Translations under genes and position numbers: made by a program | Notes under the pieces: generated by a model | What the model was told of the DNA's origin: nothing | Databases searched by the model: none | Seen by the model: the letters and a program-made list of their open reading frames with translations, nothing else | DNA from: a bacterium | GTDB lineage: Bacteria; Patescibacteriota; Minisyncoccia; Phycocordibacterales; UBA9973 | Direction: 5' to 3' | Assembly: GCA_021831595.1 (NCBI GenBank) | Contig: JAKBMK010000020.1 | Coordinates: forward strand, 2,801 to 66,800 | DNA: 64,000 nt | In this document: positions 10,001-17,279 of the stretch, piece after piece | Position numbering within the stretch: the stretch's first letter is position 1 | Layout: each line of letters begins with the position of its first letter

Positions 10001-10105
10001 ATGAACAATCGAGGTTTTGCAAATATTCTTTTAATTCTTTTAGGCATAATAATGATTGCGATAATTTTAGGATTTTTCACTTCATCTAATTTAAGAGTTT
10101 GGTAA
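10001..10105 (+). CDS. 34-aa membrane peptide with prepilin-like N-terminus (not in ORF track)
   Basis: MNNRGFANILLILLGIIMIAIILGFFTSSNLRVW*; TATAAT 6 nt upstream; RG|F followed by ~20 hydrophobic residues. Confidence 0.6.
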   Translation: MNNRGFANILLILLGIIMIAIILGFFTSSNLRVW

Positions 10106-10125
10106 ATAACATAGACTAAATAAAC

Positions 10126-11421
10126 ATGATTCAAGATTTTCTCAATGCACATAATATAAATTTATTACAACTTCTTTTGGTAACGATTGGTTACCTCATG
10201 CCCATTCCTCTTTCAGTTCTTGCTCTCAATCTATGGCACCATTATCGGCAAGAGCGTTTTATCATGGGTATCAAATGGGTTTTGCTTGAAATTCAAGTTC
10301 CTCGCGATGTTGTGAAGACTCCAGCTGCTATGGAGCTTATATTTACAAATGCTTTTTATCATAAAAGTGCTAAGGGTTTCTGGGAACAATATATTCAAGG
10401 TGCACCATGGTTCTGGTTTTCGCTAGAAATAGCTTCCATTGACGGCCGTGTTCACTTCTTTATTCGTACTCCTTCAAGAGTTCGTAATCTAGTAGAGACT
10501 CAAATCTATGGTCAGTTTCCTCAAGCTAAGGTTGTAGAAGTTGATGATTATGTTTTTCATGTACCTCAATACAAAAAGAATGGGGATTGGAATATGTGGG
10601 GTTGTGAGTTTAAAAAATTGAAAGAAGACTTTTTCCCTATTAAAACTTATAAGAGTTTAGGAGATGACTTGAAAACTGGAGTTAAAGAAGAATTTAAAAT
10701 AGATCCAATCACACCGATGATAGAATACTTAGGGTCACTCCCTCGTGGCCAACAGGTCTGGATTCAAATGGTTGTTAGATGGAATGTTAAGAAATATCAT
10801 AGTCATAAGACAGGGGAGCATGTTGAATTCAACCAAGCTGCCACTGAATTCTTGGACAAAATGTTGTTGCCTTATACTAGATTACAGGAAAGTGCAGGAG
10901 GTGGTCTTGCTCCACAGGTGTTCCTACCTGATTATTTGAAGCCAACAGTTGAAGCTGTTGCAAAAGGTATGGGCCTAGTTCATTTTGATTGCGGCATTCG
11001 TCTTATAGCTCTTTCAGATAATAGACTTTGTACCGAGGATCAATTCCAGAATTTGCGCCGTGAAGTCCGTTTGCTTTTCCGTCAATATGCTGCTCCTTCG
11101 ATAAATGAACTTGATCGTGTGAATTCTACTCAGTTCGATGCTCCATGGTCTGATCCGACAGGATTAGCTCTTACAAAGATCAAGAAGAGAATGCTGGACT
11201 GGTATCGTATGCGAGTATTTTTCCATCCCCCTATACAGTATGCGATGAATTATCCGAAAGTTTTATCTGCATTTTTCCCTTCACATAAGGCAAATATTTT
11301 CGTAGTCTCTACAGAAGAACTTGCTACTCTTTTCCATTTCCCAGGCATGGTATCAGAGACACCAAGCTTCAAGCGTATCGAATCCAAGATTGCAAAGCCA
11401 CCTTCAAACTTGCCTATTTAA
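10126..11421 (+). CDS. Conserved hypothetical membrane-anchored protein (CPR-type; resembles domains found with VirB4/TraG-like ATPases)
   Basis: N-terminal TM; LLEIQVPR, WFSLEIAS, QIYGQFP, FPIKTY, STEELATLFHFP, PPSNLP motifs. Confidence 0.55.
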   Translation: MIQDFLNAHNINLLQLLLVTIGYLMPIPLSVLALNLWHHYRQERFIMGIKWVLLEIQVPRDVVKTPAAMELIFTNAFYHKSAKGFWEQYIQGAPWFWFSLEIASIDGRVHFFIRTPSRVRNLVETQIYGQFPQAKVVEVDDYVFHVPQYKKNGDWNMWGCEFKKLKEDFFPIKTYKSLGDDLKTGVKEEFKIDPITPMIEYLGSLPRGQQVWIQMVVRWNVKKYHSHKTGEHVEFNQAATEFLDKMLLPYTRLQESAGGGLAPQVFLPDYLKPTVEAVAKGMGLVHFDCGIRLIALSDNRLCTEDQFQNLRREVRLLFRQYAAPSINELDRVNSTQFDAPWSDPTGLALTKIKKRMLDWYRMRVFFHPPIQYAMNYPKVLSAFFPSHKANIFVVSTEELATLFHFPGMVSETPSFKRIESKIAKPPSNLPI

Positions 11422-11540
11422 TCCCGTACGAAGCTACGATCACGGGATACTATAAGCAAGTTATTTAATTATTATAATTTAAACTACGCAGATTTGGTTT
11501 TTTACACAAAGTAATAATCGTAATCTGCTTCGTACGGGAT
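11421..11540 (+). mobile_element. 120-bp inverted-repeat element, copy 2, between upstream stop and mltG start
   Basis: Perfect 14-bp terminal inverted repeat ATCCCGTACGAAGC / GCTTCGTACGGGAT; first A is the last base of TAA, last AT begins the mltG ATG. Confidence 0.8.
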
Positions 11541-12456
11541 GGATGAAACAAAAGTTGAAATTTTAAAGGAAGAAAAAACTCCTAGATATAATTTTTTATT
11601 GAATGCTGTCTTGATTATAGGCCTCGTTGTTGTTGGATCTTACTATTTATTTGGATCTCCTGTTAGGTCCAAAGACGCAACTTTGCATTTCAAAAATAGT
11701 GATTCTCTATCTACTATTTCAAAAGAATTAGAGAAAAATAATATAATTCGTCACCCTTTTGTTTTTAAGGGGATTATATATACCTTATCTTTAGATAGAC
11801 ATATTCCTGCTGGAGATTATTTGTTTAAAAAAGATGAAAGTTTTTATAGGGTAATATTACAGGTATTGAGAGGCGAGCATGGTGTAGAACCAATAAGAAT
11901 TACCATAAAGGAAGGGATGACGAATGAAGATATCACTAAACTATTGGCTGATAAAATATCAGGTTTTAGGAAAGATTTATTTGTTTCAGATCCTAAGGTC
12001 AAGCAAGGCTATCTTTTCCCTGACACTTATTTCTTTTTCTCTCTTTCCACAACAGATGAAATTGTGAATGAGATAACAGCTGATTTTAATAAAAGAATTT
12101 CATCTTTGAGAAATGATATCAATAAGTCTGGAAAAAGTTTAGATGAGATTATCACCATGGCTTCAATTTTAGAAAAAGAAGCCAGCGGCAAAGACGATAT
12201 TTATGTTATTTCTGGAATATTGTGGAAGAGAATAAAACTTGGTATGCTTCTCCAAGCTGATGCGGCACCTACTACATATAAACAGAGCGGGTTGCCAGAC
12301 AATCCTATTTCAAATCCTGGATTATTAGCTATAAAAGCAGCTCTTAATCCTAAGGAAAGTCCATATCTGTTCTATCTACATGATGACAATGGTGGTGTGC
12401 ACTATGCAGTTGATTTTAGCCAGCATAGGAGTAACATAGCTAAATATTTAAAATAA
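11539..12456 (+). CDS. mltG: Endolytic transglycosylase MltG (short form)
   Basis: ITIKEG, GYLFPDTYFF, MASILEKEA, LQADA, GLPDNPISNPGLLAIKAALNP, YLFY. Confidence 0.9.
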   Translation: MDETKVEILKEEKTPRYNFLLNAVLIIGLVVVGSYYLFGSPVRSKDATLHFKNSDSLSTISKELEKNNIIRHPFVFKGIIYTLSLDRHIPAGDYLFKKDESFYRVILQVLRGEHGVEPIRITIKEGMTNEDITKLLADKISGFRKDLFVSDPKVKQGYLFPDTYFFFSLSTTDEIVNEITADFNKRISSLRNDINKSGKSLDEIITMASILEKEASGKDDIYVISGILWKRIKLGMLLQADAAPTTYKQSGLPDNPISNPGLLAIKAALNPKESPYLFYLHDDNGGVHYAVDFSQHRSNIAKYLK

Positions 12457-12457
12457 T

Positions 12458-13333
12458 ATGATATTAAAAATAACAAAACAAAAAGAATACGAATTAGTTG
12501 ATTCTGGAGAGGGGCAAAAGCTTGAGAGATATGGAGATTTCTTGATGTCGAGACCTGACCCTGAAGCTTTGTGGAAGAAAAATTTAGATGAAAAAGAGTG
12601 GGGTAAAGCACACCTAGAATTTATTCGTAGTGGGACAAAAAATAAATGGATTATTAAAAACGGTGTTCCAAATAGTTGGGATATCTCTTATGGAAATTTA
12701 AAATTTTTAATAAAACCTACATCGTTCAAGCATATTGGACTTTTCCCTGAACAACTCTCGAATTGGAAGTGGATGGAAGAGAAAATTGTAAAAGCTTCAA
12801 CAATAAAAGATAAAAAAGTTTCAGTTCTCAATCTATTTGCTTATACAGGAGGAGCAACGCTTGCTGCTGCCAAGGCCGGTGCCGAAGTTGCGCATGTTGA
12901 TGCTTCAAAGAATGCCGTCGAGTGGGCACGCAAGAATGCAGAACTTTCAGGATTAAAAGATGCGCCAATTAGATGGCTAATAGAGGATGTTATTTTATTC
13001 TTAAAGAGGGAAGTTAAAAGAGGAAGAAAGTATGATGCTATTATTATGGATCCTCCTGCTTTTGGTCATGGTCCAAAGGATGAGCTCTGGAAAATAGAAG
13101 AAGATTTTCTTAGCCTTATGAGTCTTTGTAAGCAAGTTTTATCAAATGATCCTTTGTTTATTTTAATAAACGGATATACTGCAGGGTACTCCTCAATTGT
13201 CTATCAAAATAATTTGATGGATTTGATGAAGGATTATAAGGGTAAAGTTGAAGGAGGTGAACTTGTTATAGAAGAAAGTAATAGCAAGAGATTGCTTCCT
13301 TGTGGAATTTTTGCAAGATGGGAAAGAGATTAA
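12458..13333 (+). CDS. Class I SAM-dependent methyltransferase (RlmI/RlmK-like)
   Basis: YELVDSGEGQKLERYG, HIGLFPEQ, VLNLFAYTGGAT, HVDAS, DPPAFG. Confidence 0.85.
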   Translation: MILKITKQKEYELVDSGEGQKLERYGDFLMSRPDPEALWKKNLDEKEWGKAHLEFIRSGTKNKWIIKNGVPNSWDISYGNLKFLIKPTSFKHIGLFPEQLSNWKWMEEKIVKASTIKDKKVSVLNLFAYTGGATLAAAKAGAEVAHVDASKNAVEWARKNAELSGLKDAPIRWLIEDVILFLKREVKRGRKYDAIIMDPPAFGHGPKDELWKIEEDFLSLMSLCKQVLSNDPLFILINGYTAGYSSIVYQNNLMDLMKDYKGKVEGGELVIEESNSKRLLPCGIFARWERD

Positions 13334-14499
13334 ATAAAACCGTATTTGTGGGTGTCTCTGGAGGAGTGGATAGCTCTGTCTCGGCGGCATTACTTAAGGA
13401 CCAAGGATATAATGTCGTTGGGGTTTTTATTCGTACATGGAGCCCTGACTTTATAGAATGTACATGGCGTGATGAAAGACGAGATGCTATGCGAGTTTGT
13501 GCACATCTCGATATACCATTTTTGGAGTGCGACGCAGAAGAGGCTTATAAGAAGGGTGTCGCAGACTACATGATAGAAGAATATAAAAAGGGAAATACTC
13601 CAAATCCAGACGTTATGTGTAATCGTATGGTGAAGTTCGGCGTCTTTTGGCAGTTTGCCAAGAAGCATGGAGCTGACTATATCGCCACAGGGCATTATGC
13701 TGTAAAAGACTCGGCCCCCCTTACAGGGGCAGTACACCTTTTGGATTCTTTGAATACAAAGAAATCTCAAAAGGTCTTGCAGAAGCTCCAGGTATTCGCT
13801 TCTTCACCCCCACCCGTCGCTTTTCGAGAACTATCAGTACTTCGTAAATCTCCTGACATATCAAAAGATCAATCTTATTTCCTTTGGACTCTTACACAAG
13901 ATGATTTGAGTCATACACTTTTTCCTGTAGGGCATTTAGAGAAGAAGGAGGTGAGAAAGCTTGCAGAGAAATATAAACTTCCGACTGCTATCAAGAAAGA
14001 TAGTCAGGGGGTGTGCTTCCTTGGTCCTTTAGATATGAAAGATTTTCTTAAACATTATATTGAAATTAAAAAGGGTGATGTAATCAACGAAAAGGATGAA
14101 GTGATAGGCAGTCATGATGGCGCAATATTCTTTACTCTTGGTGAACGTCATGGATTTACCATTTTCAAGAACGAAGAAAACAGTAAACCTTTGTATGTAA
14201 TAGCCAAAGATATAGAGAAAAATATTATTATAGTTTCCACTAGGAAAGTTCTATCTGAAGAAAAATTACATAGGACCATCCTATGTAGTGATGTTAATTG
14301 GATTATTGGTGCTCCAGACAAAGACAAGAAGTATACAGCTCAGATACGCTATCATGGAGAGCTCTTGGGTTGCAAAGTAAATAACAAAGGCAAGACCTTT
14401 GTAGAAGTTGTTTTTGATAAAAATGTGCTTGTAGATAAGGGTCAATCCATTGTGATTTACGATGGGGATATTTGCCTAGGAGGATGTGTTGTGGAATAA
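13318..14499 (+). CDS. mnmA: tRNA 2-thiouridylase MnmA with in-frame ~35-40 aa insertion
   Basis: SGGVDSS, TPNPDVMCN, ATGHYA, KDQSYFL, KKDSQGVCF, GQSIVIY; start probably ATG 13318. Confidence 0.96.
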   Translation: MGKRLNKTVFVGVSGGVDSSVSAALLKDQGYNVVGVFIRTWSPDFIECTWRDERRDAMRVCAHLDIPFLECDAEEAYKKGVADYMIEEYKKGNTPNPDVMCNRMVKFGVFWQFAKKHGADYIATGHYAVKDSAPLTGAVHLLDSLNTKKSQKVLQKLQVFASSPPPVAFRELSVLRKSPDISKDQSYFLWTLTQDDLSHTLFPVGHLEKKEVRKLAEKYKLPTAIKKDSQGVCFLGPLDMKDFLKHYIEIKKGDVINEKDEVIGSHDGAIFFTLGERHGFTIFKNEENSKPLYVIAKDIEKNIIIVSTRKVLSEEKLHRTILCSDVNWIIGAPDKDKKYTAQIRYHGELLGCKVNNKGKTFVEVVFDKNVLVDKGQSIVIYDGDICLGGCVVE

Positions 14500-14507
14500 T
14501 ATGCTAT

Positions 14508-14924
14508 ATGAGTCTTTATCAAAAAATTGAAAAAGGAGAGGAAGATATAGTCTTTGTTTATACTATATGTGCAAGTATAGAAGAAGCTAGAGAGCTAGGC
14601 TATTCTTGTATTGAGGAGAAGCATGCTATATCGATGGATTATTGGATAATAAACTCTATCTATCCTTGGCAAGGAGTTATCAATGAAGTTGATCAGTATC
14701 TTTTGATGTTTTCAACTCAAAAGAATAAAAGCGGGGAATTGATAAAGCATATAGAGTCAGTGCACACATATAAAGTTCCTATGATTGCAAGATGCAGTAC
14801 AGACATGACAAATATTCCATATCAACTTTGGGTTGCTGATACTTTGAAAAATTCAGAGAAGTATATTACTGAAAAGGAAGCCCATCAGAAACCAGATATA
14901 AATAGTTTAAATAAATTAAAATAA
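14508..14924 (+). CDS. cutA: Divalent-cation tolerance protein CutA
   Basis: VYTICASIEEARELG, SIYPWQG, HTYKVPMI, PYQLWV. Confidence 0.75.
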   Translation: MSLYQKIEKGEEDIVFVYTICASIEEARELGYSCIEEKHAISMDYWIINSIYPWQGVINEVDQYLLMFSTQKNKSGELIKHIESVHTYKVPMIARCSTDMTNIPYQLWVADTLKNSEKYITEKEAHQKPDINSLNKLK

Positions 14925-14951
14925 TTATTATATTATGTTACAATAAAAGCT

Positions 14952-15437
14952 ATGCAAAATATTTTTATAGATAGTTTGACTATTGGTATTATTATTAAAC
15001 TTTTTATTGCTTTAATTTTAGGAATGATTATAGGTACAGAGCGTGTCTGGGCTCACAAGACCGCTGGTATGCGTACTTATGCTCTTGTCTCTATGGGTTC
15101 GGCTTTATTTGTTGTCATTTCAAATGAAATGGTGAAGTATTATGCAGGCTTTTCTGGAATGAACCCACTTATGATTGTTTCTCAGATAGTAGTTGGTATT
15201 GGATTCTTGGGTGCAGGACTCATCTTTACAAAGGAATCAAAGCTTGTGGGCCTCACGACAGCGACTGGTCTTTGGGTAGCGGCCGGTATTGGTATGGCTT
15301 GCGGTCTCGGAATGTTTGATATTGCAGTTATAGCTACAACCTTAACATTATTTATCTTTGTCGTCCTATGGTTTATAGAAGAAAAGATTAAAAAGAGTAA
15401 ATATTTCAAAGAAGATCAGATAGAAAACCTCAATTAA
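14952..15437 (+). CDS. mgtC: MgtC/SapB family membrane protein
   Basis: IGTER, AGMRT, QIVVGIGFLGAG, GLTTATGLWVAAGIG. Confidence 0.9.
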   Translation: MQNIFIDSLTIGIIIKLFIALILGMIIGTERVWAHKTAGMRTYALVSMGSALFVVISNEMVKYYAGFSGMNPLMIVSQIVVGIGFLGAGLIFTKESKLVGLTTATGLWVAAGIGMACGLGMFDIAVIATTLTLFIFVVLWFIEEKIKKSKYFKEDQIENLN

Positions 15438-15444
15438 TGTCTCA

Positions 15445-15480
15445 AGAAAGCCCCGCCGACTTTGTCGGCGGGGCTTTTCT
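15445..15480 (+). terminator. Intrinsic terminator after mgtC
   Basis: AAAGCCCCGCCGAC-TTT-GTCGGCGGGGCTTTT. Confidence 0.8.
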
Positions 15481-15509
15481 ATTAAGTCCTTTTAGTATAA
15501 TATAAAAGA

Positions 15510-17255
15510 ATGACATCAAACGAAATACGCCAAAAGTTTCTTAAATTTTTTGAAAACCGTGGACACAAGGTAATCCCTAGTGCTTCTTTAGTACCAGAGA
15601 ATGACCCTTCTGTATTATTCAACACAGCCGGTATGCAACCCCTCGTACCTTATCTCATGGGGCAAAAACATCCACTTGGAGACAGATTGGTCAATGTTCA
15701 AAAATGTGTACGAACACAAGATATAGATGAAGTTGGAGATAATACCCATGATACATTTTTTGAGATGATGGGGAATTGGTCATTGGGTGACTATTTCAAA
15801 GAAGAAGCTATTACTTGGAGTTATGAATTTCTAACGAACAAGGAAGAAGGATTAGGGCTTGATCCAAAACGCCTATATGTAACTGTTTTTGAAGGTAACG
15901 AAGATGCTCCTCGTGATACAGAAGCATATGATATTTGGAAGAAATTTATTCCAGAAAATCATATCTATTTTATGAGCGCAAAATCAAACTGGTGGAGCGT
16001 TGGAGAGAATGGTCCTTGTGGTCCTGATACAGAAATGTTTTATGACATAACAGAAGAAGGGCTGGGTGATTTAACTATTGAGGAATACAAAAAAGCCGAT
16101 GATGAACAAAAAGTTGTAGAAATTTGGAATGATGTTTTCATGCAATACGAAAAGAAAGATGGAAAAGTTATAGGTAAGTTAACAAAACAAAATGTAGATA
16201 CAGGTTCTGGTCTTGAACGTGTTGTGATGGCTGTTCAAGGCAAGAGTAATATTTTTGAAACAGATTTATTTTCGGACATAATTTCAAAAATAAATTCTCT
16301 CTCATCTTCATTCGATGAAAAAGCTAGCCGTATTGTGGCTGATCATATGCGTACTTCTGTATTAATAATTGCTGACGGGGCATTGCCTTCAAATACTGGT
16401 AGAGGCTATATTTTGAGACGTTTACTACGCAGAGCTGTTAGGTTTGCGGATAAACTCGGATTCAAGAATGGATCATTGGTTGAAGTTGTTGAAGTTATTA
16501 TAAATAAATACAAAGATGTATATCCTGAAATAATAAAAAATGCAGATAAAATTAAAAGTGAAGTAAATGGAGAAGAATCAAAGTTTCGTTTAACCCTTGA
16601 AAAAGGTTTGAAAGAGTTTGACAAAGGAGTGAGCCCTTTTGATTTATATCAAAGTTATGGCTTCCCAATAGAACTTACACTAGAACTTGCAAAAGAAAAA
16701 GGAATAGAAGTGGATGTTGATAGTTTTAATAAGAAAATGGAAGAGCATCAAAAGCTTTCGCAGACATCTTCTGCTGGAATGTTTAAGGGTGGACTTGCTG
16801 GTCATAGCGAAAAGACAGTTAAACTTCATACAGCACACCATTTACTTTTGGCTGGACTTCAAACTATTGTTGATCCAAGCATAAAACAAAGAGGAAGTAA
16901 TATAACAGAAGAGAGGCTTCGAATAGACTTTATCTGTGATCATAAACTTACAGATGAAGAAAAAACAAAAGTTGAAAATTGGGTAAATGATAGAATCAAA
17001 GAAAATCTAAAAGTAGTAAGACGTGAAATGCCATTAGTAGAAGCAGAAAAGATTGGAGCCCAAATGGAATTCGGTGCGAAATATCCTGATGTTGTATCTG
17101 TATACTTTGTAGAAGATAATAATGGAAATATAGTTTCAAAAGAATTCTGTGGTGGTCCTCATGTGGAGAACACAGGAGAACTTGGACATTTCAAAATCCA
17201 GAAAGAAGAAGCTTCATCTGCGGGAATCAGACGTATAAAAGCAGTTCTAGAATAA
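15510..17255 (+). CDS. alaS: Alanine--tRNA ligase, truncated (no C-Ala domain)
   Basis: LFNTAGMQP, TFFEMMGNWS, GPCGPDTE, DTGSGLER, HTAHHLL, EFCGGPHV; ends at GIRRIKA. Confidence 0.96.
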   Translation: MTSNEIRQKFLKFFENRGHKVIPSASLVPENDPSVLFNTAGMQPLVPYLMGQKHPLGDRLVNVQKCVRTQDIDEVGDNTHDTFFEMMGNWSLGDYFKEEAITWSYEFLTNKEEGLGLDPKRLYVTVFEGNEDAPRDTEAYDIWKKFIPENHIYFMSAKSNWWSVGENGPCGPDTEMFYDITEEGLGDLTIEEYKKADDEQKVVEIWNDVFMQYEKKDGKVIGKLTKQNVDTGSGLERVVMAVQGKSNIFETDLFSDIISKINSLSSSFDEKASRIVADHMRTSVLIIADGALPSNTGRGYILRRLLRRAVRFADKLGFKNGSLVEVVEVIINKYKDVYPEIIKNADKIKSEVNGEESKFRLTLEKGLKEFDKGVSPFDLYQSYGFPIELTLELAKEKGIEVDVDSFNKKMEEHQKLSQTSSAGMFKGGLAGHSEKTVKLHTAHHLLLAGLQTIVDPSIKQRGSNITEERLRIDFICDHKLTDEEKTKVENWVNDRIKENLKVVRREMPLVEAEKIGAQMEFGAKYPDVVSVYFVEDNNGNIVSKEFCGGPHVENTGELGHFKIQKEEASSAGIRRIKAVLE

Positions 17256-17279
17256 AGAAATAAATGGTATTATAGAAAT

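Noticed and set aside
13708-13830. Intein or group I/II intron in mnmA
   Set aside because: Far too short; no Cys/Ser...His-Asn intein ends or recognisable intron core.
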